Origin: Patescibacteria group bacterium
Lineage (GTDB): Bacteria > Patescibacteriota > Minisyncoccia > RBG-13-40-8-A
Direction: 5' to 3'
Length of the DNA: 48,430 nt
Assembly: GCA_018829905.1 (NCBI GenBank)
Contig: JAHJST010000014.1
Coordinates: 1-48,430, forward strand
In this document: positions 21,519 to 30,769 of the stretch, one piece after another
How the letters are laid out: each line of letters opens with the position of its first letter
Numbering within the stretch: position 1 is the first letter of the stretch
Program-made: the position numbers and the translations under genes
Notes under the pieces: model-generated
The model's input: the letters and a program-made list of their open reading frames with translations, nothing else
Databases searched by the model: none
Told to the model about the DNA's origin: nothing

Positions 21519-22205
21519 GATATTGGGTATTTAGCCTTGACAGAATAGTGCTGCCAGATTCCGACAAGGTTGCTACCTCGCCGTACTCAAGAGTAATGAC
21601 TAGGAGTATAAAACCCTTTTCATTTACAGGGCTATTACCTTCTTTGGCAGGGCTTTCCAGCCACTTTCAACTAAGGAAGTTTTAATTTTTTTTACTCCTC
21701 AGGGGCAAACCCCTGACGTCACTATCTTACAACCCTCTTTTCCTACCATAAAATGATTAGAAAAAAGTTTGGGCTAATCCCGTTTCGCTCGCCGCTACTC
21801 AGGGAATAAAAGTTTTTTTCTTTTCCTCCAGCTACTGAGATGTTTCACTTCGCTGGGTTCGCTTCCTATGCAAGCATAGGATAACTTGGCTCATCACCAA
21901 GCTGGGTTTCCCCATTCGGAAATCTCCGGATCAAAGGTTGCTACACACCTCCCCGAAGCTTATCGCAGCTAAGCCACGTCCTTCATCGCCCCAATATCCC
22001 AAGGCATTCACCATATACCCTTATGAATAACCTATTATTAGCTGACAATTTATATGCATTAAATTGTCTATTCAATTTTTAAGGTGCTTAAAAGTTTTAA
22101 AAAAACCGCTTTAAAGCGGTTCAATTTGACTGGGTACATAAATACCCGGTTTTTCAACCGCTTGTATAAAATAATTGTAGTAAAACTTTTATCATAATTA
22201 ATATC

Positions 22206-22234
22206 AGTATATATCCGTTAAAATCGCTTGTCAA
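22206..22234 (-). promoter_or_regulatory. Promoter of the 23S-5S unit
   Basis: The minus strand reads TTGACA (22229-22234), a 17-nt spacer, then TATACT (22206-22211). The first 11 spacer nt (AGCGATTTTAA) nearly match those of the 16S promoter. Confidence 0.65.
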
Positions 22235-22276
22235 CCCCGTACCATGACAAGGCCATGGCACGGGATCAAATAAAAT

Positions 22277-22942
22277 CTATTTTTCAATATCTTGTCTTAA
22301 TCTTTCTAATATTAGTGTTGCATGATCTTTTCCACCCAAACCAAATGCTAATCCTCCTGCTAAAGCAACCATAGCAATCAATCCAATAACAACTGTTTGA
22401 ATTAATGTAGCTGCAATTCCTAGTTGAGTTAAAGCAATAACAAAACCAAAAACTAATATAGCCCATTTAACTATTCCTGCAACTGCACCAGCAGAAGCTA
22501 ATCCTGCAGTATCTGCAGCAGCTTTAACAAACTTCTTCATAAAATCTCCAACAACCACAGCTACTAAAAGAATTATTGCAGCAACAATTACATTTGGTAG
22601 ATAATAAAGAATTGTTTTTAAGAATAAAGCTACTTCTTGCAAACCAAGAATATCAACAGCTGTCATCAAGAAAACAATTATGAAAAACCACTTAACTAAT
22701 ACTTCAAAGAATTTTCCTGAATCTAACTTAAGTTTTGCTTTTGTTAAAGCTTTTTTAAAACCAAGCTTGTTTAACAAAATATCTAATTTAATTGTTTTAA
22801 CTATTTTATTAGCAACTCTTCCTAGAAAAATAGCAATTAACCAACCGATAATAAAAACAATTAATGCTGCCAAAAGGGTTGGCAAAAATCCTATAAAACT
22901 AAGCCAAACCTCTTGTAATGAGTCTAGTAATATTTCAAGCAT
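22277..22942 (-). CDS. Membrane protein with repeated TM-helix modules (small mechanosensitive-channel-like N-terminal repeat family)
   Basis: 221 aa with about 5 TM helices and Gly/Ala-rich repeats. It is followed by the hairpin cccgtaccatg/catggcacggg at 22236-22264. The functional call is weak. Confidence 0.7.
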   Translation of the reverse strand: MLEILLDSLQEVWLSFIGFLPTLLAALIVFIIGWLIAIFLGRVANKIVKTIKLDILLNKLGFKKALTKAKLKLDSGKFFEVLVKWFFIIVFLMTAVDILGLQEVALFLKTILYYLPNVIVAAIILLVAVVVGDFMKKFVKAAADTAGLASAGAVAGIVKWAILVFGFVIALTQLGIAATLIQTVVIGLIAMVALAGGLAFGLGGKDHATLILERLRQDIEK

Positions 22943-23091
22943 AATATTTAATTTTTAATTATTAATTATATTAATAAATCGACCTATATTAATTATATCA
23001 TAAAATCACGTTGTCAAGAAGATTTTTAATAAAAAAAGAGGAAAAGTTAACCCTTTTACCTCTTTTTGTTGAATTTATTAAAATTTTGGCT

Positions 23092-23547
23092 CTATTTCAT
23101 ATGTTCTTCATCATCATATATACAACTAATCACAAACTTAGTTTTATAGTCTTCATTCATTTTTTCTATAAAATCTTTAATACTTCTAAGTTGAATAATT
23201 CTCATAAAAGGACCAAGAACATCTTTTTGAATATCAATTAATCCACTAAAAAACAATATTTCAAAAAGCCTAAATTCTATATTTACCACTCTTAAAGAAC
23301 TGTTGTCTTTTATTTTCCAACCCCAAATTTCAAATAAATAATGTCTTTTCTTTTGCTTTAATATTAAACTAGACAACTTATCAATATCATTCTTAATGAT
23401 AAGATTTAATGTGTTATCTGCTAAAATAATTCTTTCTTTAATATTCTTAAGCAATTCTTTGGTTTCTAAAAATTCTTCAGCCAATTCCTTTTTTCTATTC
23501 AGCCTGTCTTTGAATCTTTTTGCGAAAGTCGATTTTACTTTTTCCAT
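23092..23547 (-). CDS. Hypothetical protein
   Basis: 151-aa ORF with a strong SD (AAGGAGGGAATA-ATG). Confidence 0.65.
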   Translation of the reverse strand: MEKVKSTFAKRFKDRLNRKKELAEEFLETKELLKNIKERIILADNTLNLIIKNDIDKLSSLILKQKKRHYLFEIWGWKIKDNSSLRVVNIEFRLFEILFFSGLIDIQKDVLGPFMRIIQLRSIKDFIEKMNEDYKTKFVISCIYDDEEHMK

Positions 23548-23761
23548 TATTCCCTCCTTAAATTTTAAATTTGCAGTGGACCCCAGTAGAAGACGTTCAA
23601 ACTTTTTATAAAGAAAATAACTTTAAAAGATGATCTTCAAATAAATTAATTAATCTATAAATTTAAAAAAAGAGTATTTGATTGAAAATATTTTTTCTAT
23701 TACTTGTAATTCTTTAATTGTAATACAATTAACCAAAATCCAAATTGGTTAAGCCATGATT

Positions 23762-23971
23762 CTATTTCTTAATTATTTTATCTACTCCAAATTTATGCCA
23801 CATTATTGCAGCCCCAATAATAAAAATTATTATTATTCCCAATTCTATTGGTTTATCCCAAACATATTTATAAAAACTAGGTCTTGAATAGGCATCTATA
23901 AATAAAACAAGTCCTGTTGCTATAACTAATAAAATTATTTTTAATTTTCTTTCCATTTTTTTCTTTTCCAT
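23762..23971 (-). CDS. Small two-TM membrane protein
   Basis: 69 aa with two hydrophobic helices. Confidence 0.5.
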   Translation of the reverse strand: MEKKKMERKLKIILLVIATGLVLFIDAYSRPSFYKYVWDKPIELGIIIIFIIGAAIMWHKFGVDKIIKK

Positions 23972-24073
23972 AAATTTATGTATTAGTTTTTAGAAAATAA
24001 GCTTACCAAAAAAAACAATTCTATCCTACATACTGCTCGGATGAAACGATTTTAGAGTCTTTATAGTCATAGA

Positions 24074-25054
24074 TTAATCGAAAGACTCTATGTTGCCTAT
24101 AATTTCAAAAATGGAATCATTGATTGGTTCATAAGAAATTTCATAAATGATAAAGATATCTTTATCTGAACTATCTAAATCTTCTTTAATCCTATAATAA
24201 AAAACATTTGTATCCTCTATTTTTAAAGGAATACCAGTTTCTTTTTCTATCCAGATTTTTACATTATCGCCATAAAGACCACCAAATTCTTCATATTTAA
24301 TAATAAATGTACTTTTGCCATTCACGCTTTCGCTTCCTAATAATACTGGATTTTCTTCAAGGGCCCTTATAACGTACTGAAATATGGTACCCTCTAATTT
24401 AGAACCACTATCAATCCTATTCCAATTATCATTTATAGGATCAAAATTTCTATAAAAATAATTATCTCTATAAATTATTTTTTGATTCATTTGAGGTGCT
24501 ATGAAATTAAAGGAATCTGTTCTAGCCATTTTGTCCCCAATCCAGATTTCCATATCCTCTACTTTTTCTTGTTTTTCTTCTCCATCGTAATTAATAGATA
24601 TATTTGTCCTTTCAACCTTACAACGAAAATCTGTTAAATTATTAAGTTTACTCAATGAATCAATTAGAACGCTCTTGGCATCTTTTAGCTCTTCTTTTTC
24701 TTCTTCTTGCTTTTTTGTTTCTTCTTCCGATAAAACAGAATTATTATCTTGATTTTTTTGCACTTCTTTGTTTTCAGATGGCTTAAGCTTTATATAATAA
24801 AATACACCACCACCAATTATAAGAAAAATAATAACCACAAGTGCAATCATTCCAAGCGTTTTTGATTCATTCTTTTTATTTGTATTAATAGTTAGCTCTT
24901 GTATTGATGATTTATTCAAAATTGGTTCTCTACTAAAAGCCTGATTAATATCTTCCTCTTTCCATCCGGCCTTTCTTAATTCTTGTTTTATCTGTTCGTC
25001 ACTAAAACCAGAATTTTTAGACTCTTTAATATAATTTTCTAATTCTTGATTCAT
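24074..25054 (-). CDS. Hypothetical single-pass membrane protein
   Basis: 326 aa. It has an N-terminal soluble helix-rich module (SGFSDEQIKQELRKAGWKEEDINQAF), one TM helix and a beta-rich C-terminal domain. Confidence 0.65.
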   Translation of the reverse strand: MNQELENYIKESKNSGFSDEQIKQELRKAGWKEEDINQAFSREPILNKSSIQELTINTNKKNESKTLGMIALVVIIFLIIGGGVFYYIKLKPSENKEVQKNQDNNSVLSEEETKKQEEEKEELKDAKSVLIDSLSKLNNLTDFRCKVERTNISINYDGEEKQEKVEDMEIWIGDKMARTDSFNFIAPQMNQKIIYRDNYFYRNFDPINDNWNRIDSGSKLEGTIFQYVIRALEENPVLLGSESVNGKSTFIIKYEEFGGLYGDNVKIWIEKETGIPLKIEDTNVFYYRIKEDLDSSDKDIFIIYEISYEPINDSIFEIIGNIESFD

Positions 25055-25241
25055 AAATTTAAATAATTAATAATTAATTAAAATCTTCTTAATGGTTCGA
25101 ACTTTTACTTTTAAGCACAATCTATCTTCAAAATGATGATTATTTAACAAATTATTTCTTTTTGCCTTACTCTAGAAGATTCGAAGCTCGAATCTTGAAA
25201 ACAAAACTAAATCAATTAAAAATCGATAAATTTCTTTTTTG

Positions 25242-25314
25242 TGGACCCGAGCGGATTCGAACCGCTGACCTCCTCATTGCAAATGAGATGCTCTACCAGC
25301 TGAGCTACGGGCCC
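25242..25314 (-). tRNA. tRNA-Ala (UGC)
   Basis: The reverse complement folds as a cloverleaf: GGGCCCG..GCTC AGCTGGTA GAGC..TCTCA TTTGCAA TGAGG..AGCGG TTCGAAT CCGCT CGGGTCC A. The G3:U70 Ala identity pair is present. No CCA is encoded. Confidence 0.95.
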
Positions 25315-25315
25315 A

Positions 25316-25389
25316 TGGGCGTACTTGGACTCGAACCAAGGACCTCATCTTTATCAGAGATGCGCTCTACCAGGCTGAGCTATACGCCC
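25316..25389 (-). tRNA. tRNA-Ile (GAU)
   Basis: The reverse complement folds as a cloverleaf with anticodon loop CTGATAA and T-loop TTCGAGT. It lies 1 nt from tRNA-Ala. Confidence 0.95.
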
Positions 25390-25450
25390 TAATTCAAAAT
25401 TAACCCCTAAATAAGGTTAATTTTGAATCAAATAAATCTATAAAAAGATC

Positions 25451-25615
25451 TTATGCTTTTCCCATTATTCTGAACATTCCAGTACCACAAGTAGGACAGC
25501 TACCCTTCATAGCTCTTCTCTTGCCACCCTTTCCTTTTATGGTAACTTCCTTTGGATCATTCATCTCAACATCTTTTTTGCGACATTTGACGCAATAACC
25601 TGTTATCTTGTCCAT
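25451..25615 (-). CDS. Small zinc-ribbon protein (54 aa, DUF5679-like) between 16S and tRNA-Ile
   Basis: This ORF is absent from the ORF track because it is shorter than 60 aa. It translates as MDKITGYCVKCRKKDVEMNDPKEVTIKGKGGKRRAMKGSCPTCGTGMFRIMGKA, with paired CxxC motifs. The family assignment is from memory. Confidence 0.6.
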   Translation of the reverse strand: MDKITGYCVKCRKKDVEMNDPKEVTIKGKGGKRRAMKGSCPTCGTGMFRIMGKA

Positions 25616-25887
25616 GTATATCTACGCCTTCATTCAATGGCTAGTTAAATGAAAACGATATATTAATTATTATCAAATTCCATTATATCTTTAAATAAAT
25701 AAAAAAACAAGCAAAAAGTCAAGCCCTTAGCCTGTGGATAAATTGAATTCTGTGTAGTTGCCCTGAAAAAACGATCTTCCTATAAGATACAAAGATCAAC
25801 ATCTCTTAAAATAAGATCAACCTAATTACTTAAAAAAGTAACTAAAAATATTGTTCCATCCACAGCTTCCGCTACGGATGCCTTGTT

Positions 25888-26104
25888 CATGAGGTTCCCT
25901 ATGTCGCCATAAGGCATGGACTATATCTTCACCCTTTATAAAGGGGTCCGGCGTGTAGTCTCTGAGGGGTCAATTACGACTTCCCTGCTGATTGTCTGCA
26001 CTAATACATTGTCACTTAATATAAGTAGTATTAGATACACAGAGTTTCCAGCATACAGCCAGATTTTTCTAAAAAGATTACTCTTTTTAGGTCACAACAA
26101 ATTT
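25888..26104 (-). mobile_element. ORF-less group I intron in 16S (approx. E. coli 1498, 3' of h44)
   Basis: The exons join as GACTAAGTCAT|AACAAGGCATCCGTAGCGGAAG. The guide GTGAC pairs with GTCAT. A GATATAGTC element is present and the intron ends in G. Length is 217 nt. Confidence 0.65.
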
Positions 26105-26191
26105 ATGACTTAGTCCTGGTCACCGAACTCACCTTAGGCCCCATTAAATGGGGACGTCGGGTGCTCCCGGCTTCCCTGACTTGACAGGCGG

Positions 26192-26616
26192 AATTCAATA
26201 GTAGAAAACTTACTTTGAGTTCCCACTTAGCATGCGGATTTCCCGCACTAAGCGAGTTCCTTTTCGAAATTCGAAAAAGATTTTGTCCTTCCTAAGTCTT
26301 TAGAAAAACTTAGTACTATGACGCAGCTGACTTCTCACGGTATCTATTGTTTTCAACAACCATGAGATCTCCTCGGGTTATTTATAGAACGATTCCTTAC
26401 ATCCCAAATTAAGGTTTTGCACTAAAGACCTTCTCCATAACCCACCGCTACATGGATCAATCACCTTTTAATAATTTGGGCTATAATTTGCCTTCAGATC
26501 CTTCAGCTTAAGCCTCGCGGCTTTAAGCCTATCCTTTGGCTACGCTTCTAGTCAAATCATCTAGAAAGGTTGGATTTTAACCAACTAGTTTTATAAACTG
26601 CCGAGCGCATTTATTT
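26192..26616 (-). other. Unclassified 425-nt insertion in the 16S decoding-centre region (approx. E. coli 1398/1399)
   Basis: The exons read ...CTTGTACTCA and CCGCCTGTCAAG..., matching UUGUACACA|CCGCCCGUCA. The insert has no ORF, no GATATAGTC element and no obvious internal guide. It contains long hairpins capped by GCGA (near 26515) and GAAA (near 26240). Boundaries are good to a few nt. Confidence 0.6.
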
Positions 26617-26944
26617 TGAGTACAAGATTTGAGAACGTATTCACCGCGGCGTAGCTGATCCGCGATTACTAACGATTCCAGCTTCATGAGGTCGAATTTC
26701 AGACCTCAATCCGAACTGAGACCAACTTTGATGGGATTGGCTCCACCTTACGGCTTAGCAACCCATTGTATTGGCCATTGTAGCGCCTGTGTTGCCCAGG
26801 GTATCAGAGGGCCATGCTGACTTGGCGTCATCCTTTCCTTCCTCCTCATATAATGAGGCAGTCTTCTGTGACACTTATAACACAGAACAAGGGTTGCGCT
26901 TGTTACCCGACTTAACGGAGCAACTCACGCCACAAGCTGACGAC

Positions 26945-27193
26945 CATATTCATCCATAATTACTTATGGTATGGACTATACCATCCTCCAGACTGGAGGC
27001 CAGCGTTTAATGATGGGTTATAACCACCATTAAGCTTTTCTGCCCAGAAAAGCTTAGTCTCTACGGGGTCTTTTTAAAAAAAGACTTCCCACGATATTGC
27101 CCATTCTTTAATAAAAGAATTTGGGTTTCATCGTTATGAGCTGGTTTTTCAATCCCGATTGCTCGGGAAAGGGCCGTGTATCTAAAAGATACC
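26945..27193 (-). mobile_element. ORF-less group I intron in 16S helix 34 region (approx. E. coli 1060)
   Basis: The exons join as GCTGCATGGCT|GTCGTCAGCTTGTG. The guide GGCC pairs with GGCT. A GGTATAGTC element is present, and the 3' hairpin CCATAAGTAATTATGG is shared with the 23S intron at 16405-17244. Length is 249 nt. Confidence 0.68.
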
Positions 27194-27739
27194 AGCCATG
27201 CAGCACCTGTCCTAATGTCCTTGTAGAAATCTCTTGTTTCCAAGAGGGTTCATTAGGATTTCAAACCCTGGTAAGGTTCTTCGCGTAGTATCGAATTAAA
27301 CCAGACGCTCCACCGTTTGTGCAAATCCCCGTCTATTCCTTTGAGTTTTAGTCTTGCGACCGTACTTCCCAGGCGGGATACTTAACGCGTTAGCTTCGCC
27401 ACTTGAAGGGTCGATACTTCAAACAGCTAGTATCCATCGTTTACAGCGTGGATTACTGGGGTATCTAATCCCATTCACTCCCCACGCTTTCGTCTCTCAG
27501 GGTCAGGAATGCGCCAGCTAAATGCCTTCGCCTTTGGTGTTCCTTAAGGTATCAACGGATTTCACCCCTACTCCTTAAGTTCCATTAGCCTCTCACATCC
27601 TCTAGTTTAGCCGTATCTTTTGCAGACTTGATGTTGAGCATCAAGATTTAACAAAAGACGCACTAAACCCCCTACAGACGCTTTACGCCCAATAATTCCG
27701 GACAACGCTTGGGGCACTCGTATTACCGCTCCTGCTGGC

Positions 27740-28641
27740 CGTTGACAATTTTACAATTGCGTTGGACTATATCACCACCCAGTATTAATATACTGGGGCT
27801 CAGCGTATTATGTCAGTTTATTTTCCTGATTATCAGGTACCTGACATCTTTCTAGTTTAATTCTAGAAAAGTCTCTGAGGGGTTGTCTGTATTGTGGTAA
27901 TTTATACTTAAAACAATTTAAAATATATGGTGAAATAATTTTAATAAACTTATTTCTTCCTTTTGAACCTATATATATTCTAGGATATCTTTTTCCTCTA
28001 ATCAGATTATTGTAGACATTAGATTCAATGCCAAAGTTTTTCATTAATATATCTCTTAATTTTTCAACTTCTTTAACAGAAAAACAATGTGTTGATAAAT
28101 AAAAGCTACAATGATCGTTTGGTCTATAGTCTATACTACCATCATCCATATACCAAATTGCTAAAGACAAAGGAGATACTAATAATTGTTCTATGTTTTT
28201 TGGAATAATTTTTTTCTTATTAGAATAAAACATTTCTCTAAACACATTTAAGTCTTTAATAGACTTGGTTAAGAAATACCATTGCTGATTATCTTTTCTT
28301 TGTTTTGGTTCTGAACGACAAATGTTTTTAAACTTATTATATAGCCAAAAAACATATTCTTTGCTTTCTTGCTTTTGTTTAAAACCAAAAGAAGTAGAGA
28401 CATAAGGTCTGATTAAAAAACCATCACCCAATAAATTCCCAATTAGTATATCAATTTGTCTTTGAGTTAAAATATTTTTGACAAAATCTATCATATATAT
28501 TATTTTATCATAATTTTAACCTACAAACAACTTCCCTGCGGATTGCCACATAAAATGGTTTCCCGCATATAAGCTAAGTTTTTCCATATTGCATTACTGC
28601 AATAGGTCGCGCCACCCTTTACGAGCAAAGGATGTACTTTC
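27740..28641 (-). mobile_element. Group I intron in the 16S 530 loop (E. coli 516 site) carrying a LAGLIDADG gene
   Basis: The exons join as CTAAACTCGT|GCCAGCAGGAGCGGTAATAC. A GATATAGTC element is present and the intron ends in G. Length is 902 nt. Confidence 0.72.
27808..28494 (-). CDS. LAGLIDADG homing endonuclease (intron-encoded)
   Basis: 228 aa with motifs LLGDGFL and WYMDDGS. Confidence 0.9.
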   Translation of the reverse strand: MIDFVKNILTQRQIDILIGNLLGDGFLIRPYVSTSFGFKQKQESKEYVFWLYNKFKNICRSEPKQRKDNQQWYFLTKSIKDLNVFREMFYSNKKKIIPKNIEQLLVSPLSLAIWYMDDGSIDYRPNDHCSFYLSTHCFSVKEVEKLRDILMKNFGIESNVYNNLIRGKRYPRIYIGSKGRNKFIKIISPYILNCFKYKLPQYRQPLRDFSRIKLERCQVPDNQENKLT

Positions 28642-29331
28642 ACGAGTTTAGGAGCCCCTTATTCCTAGGGTGATCTCAAAAATTGTTCCCCTAGAAAAGA
28701 ACTTTACACCCCGAAGGGCTTCTTCATTCACGCGGCGTCGCTCCATCAGACTTTCGTCCATTGTGGAAGATTCTCGACTGCTGCCTCCCGTAGGAGTGAG
28801 GCCCGTATCTCAGTGCCCCTGTTGGGGATCGCGCTCTCACGCCCCCTACCCGTCATAGCCTTGGTAAGCCATTACCTTACCAACAAGCTGATAGGCCGCA
28901 GGCCACTCTCTAACCAATAAATCTTTACCCAAAAGGGATTATCGGGAATTATTCCGGATTTCTCCGGGTTATGCCCGAGTTAGAGGTATGTACCTACGTG
29001 TTACTAACCCGTCTGCCATGGGCCTAAACCCATTCGACTTGCATGCCTTATCCACGCCGCCAGCGTTCGTCCTGAGCCAGGATCAAACTCTCAATATAAG
29101 AATCATCACAAAATTCAGCACAAATAAGTAAACTTATACGTGCCTTATTTGTAATGATCAATAGATCAGGACAACTACACAAAATTCAATAGTTGTCTAT
29201 TCAGTTATTAAAGAACAACTTAAAACAGAGTTTAAACTTTTTTAAACAAAAAAACCTAAACTCTGTTTTAAACGTACTGGTAAATTGTGAGTTAATTTCA
29301 CATAAAATTAATATTAATACTTGTATTATCA

Positions 29332-29359
29332 ATTTTACTTATTTAAATTCGCTTGTCAA
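29332..29359 (-). promoter_or_regulatory. Candidate 16S promoter (inside the 3' end of trmD)
   Basis: The minus strand reads TTGACA (29354-29359), a 16-nt spacer, then TAAAAT (29332-29337). The spacer starts AGCGAATTTAA, as in the 23S promoter. A boxA-like GTTCTTTAATAA lies at 29205-29217 in the leader. Confidence 0.5.
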
Positions 29360-29987
29360 GCCTCCACTGTTTTATCTTTTTATGATTTCCAGAAAGCAAT
29401 ACTTTTGGAACCTTTAAATTATTAAAATTTTCTGGTCTTGTATATTGTGGATATTCATATTTAGCATGTTTTAATTCTTTTTCTAAAGAAAAACTTTCTT
29501 CTTTTAATGATTCTATTGCTATTACTCCTGGAATTAATCTAGTAACAGCATCAACAACTATCATTGCAGGAATCTCTCCACCAGTTAAAACATAATCTCC
29601 TATAGAAACTTCTTCATCTACAAATTTTTTTACTCTTTCATCTACTCCTTCGTATCTACCACAAACCATAATTAAATTATCTAATTTAGAATATCTATTA
29701 GCCATTTTTTGATCAAAAGTTTTTCCTTTTGGAGAAAATAAAATTACTTTTGCTTTTCCTTTTTTAATCTTTTTTATAGCTTTATAAATTGGCTCAACCA
29801 TCATTACCATACCAGGACCACCACCATAAGGTTTATCATCAACAGATCTGTGTTTATCTTTTGTATAATCTCTTAAATTATGAATATTTATTTTTATTTT
29901 CTTTTTATCTTGTGCGCGTTTAATAATAGACTCATTAAAATATGAGTCAAAGATTTCTGGAAAAATTGTAATTATATTAAATTTCAT
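29343..29987 (-). CDS. trmD: tRNA (guanine37-N1)-methyltransferase TrmD
   Basis: 214 aa with [22 protein letters not shown] and [10 protein letters not shown]...[11 protein letters not shown]. Confidence 0.95.
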   Translation of the reverse strand: MKFNIITIFPEIFDSYFNESIIKRAQDKKKIKINIHNLRDYTKDKHRSVDDKPYGGGPGMVMMVEPIYKAIKKIKKGKAKVILFSPKGKTFDQKMANRYSKLDNLIMVCGRYEGVDERVKKFVDEEVSIGDYVLTGGEIPAMIVVDAVTRLIPGVIAIESLKEESFSLEKELKHAKYEYPQYTRPENFNNLKVPKVLLSGNHKKIKQWRLDKRI

Positions 29988-30714
29988 TTTTTTCTTTATC
30001 GTAAATATTTTTTAAATGATCAATCATTTTTTTAACATCTCTTCTTGCTTTTAAAAATTCTTCTCTATCGAATTCTTCATCTGTTTTTTCTGTTCTTTTT
30101 GAAAAAGGATTTAATGTCGCAACCTCTTTTTTTACCCCAACCATTTTTTTCATACCCCAAAAAAACATATGAAAACTACCTAAAAAAACTTCCTCGCCTA
30201 TTTCTTCTTTTATTTTTCTTTCGACTTCCCCTAAAGTATTCGTTAGCTCCTCTGATGGATCACAACCCAAAATAGCGAAATCATGAGAAATGTTATTATT
30301 TTTTAAAATTTCACAAAAATCCTTAACAGAATTACCATCAAAAATTATCTCTGAAATAAGCAGTGCATTTAAATTATTATTCTTGTGTCTATTAGCTATT
30401 TTCTTTAAGGTTTCGTCAATTTCTTCGCTTCTAAGCGGAAGGCCGGATCCACCTATGAAAAAATTAATCATTGGCGCCTCTATGCTGTTTTCTTTGTATA
30501 TTTTTTTTAACAATCCATGAAAAACTAATGTTGGAATTCTTCCACTAGTATCATCTCCTATAATTAAATTATATTTATGAGATTTTATATTTGGAACTAA
30601 TTTTTTTAACAACACCTCAAAGCCCTCTTTAGAATTCTCAAATTCTTTTAATTCAAATTCTGGCTCATTAATTTCAGCTTTTTCTTGTGTTTCAATTTTT
30701 TCAAAATTTTTCAT
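29977..30714 (-). CDS. Hypothetical protein (possible phosphoribosyltransferase-like fold) in the slot normally held by rimM
   Basis: I trimmed the start to the ATG at 30714. The strings [14 protein letters not shown] and [14 protein letters not shown] resemble PRTase loops. This is a weak call. Confidence 0.55.
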   Translation of the reverse strand: MKNFEKIETQEKAEINEPEFELKEFENSKEGFEVLLKKLVPNIKSHKYNLIIGDDTSGRIPTLVFHGLLKKIYKENSIEAPMINFFIGGSGLPLRSEEIDETLKKIANRHKNNNLNALLISEIIFDGNSVKDFCEILKNNNISHDFAILGCDPSEELTNTLGEVERKIKEEIGEEVFLGSFHMFFWGMKKMVGVKKEVATLNPFSKRTEKTDEEFDREEFLKARRDVKKMIDHLKNIYDKEKNEI

Positions 30715-30769
30715 ATATAACAAAAACCGTACCTAAATAGTAGCACGGCCTTTGTATGATCTACAAGTT

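Larger units (their letters stand above)
25844..29096 (-). rRNA. rrs: 16S rRNA interrupted by four insertions (about 1.46 kb of exon sequence)
   Basis: The reverse complement begins TTGAGAGTTTGATCCTGGCTCAGGACGAACGCTGGCGGCG. It contains the 530 loop, the 790 region, GGTGAATACGTTC, the start of h44 and h45. It is flanked by a 25-bp processing stem (25742-25766 pairs with 29166-29190). I placed the 3' end by counting 44 nt after the last intron. Confidence 0.92.

Noticed and set aside
25162-25392. 76-aa plus-strand ORF.
   Set aside because: It is the antisense of tRNA-Ala and tRNA-Ile.
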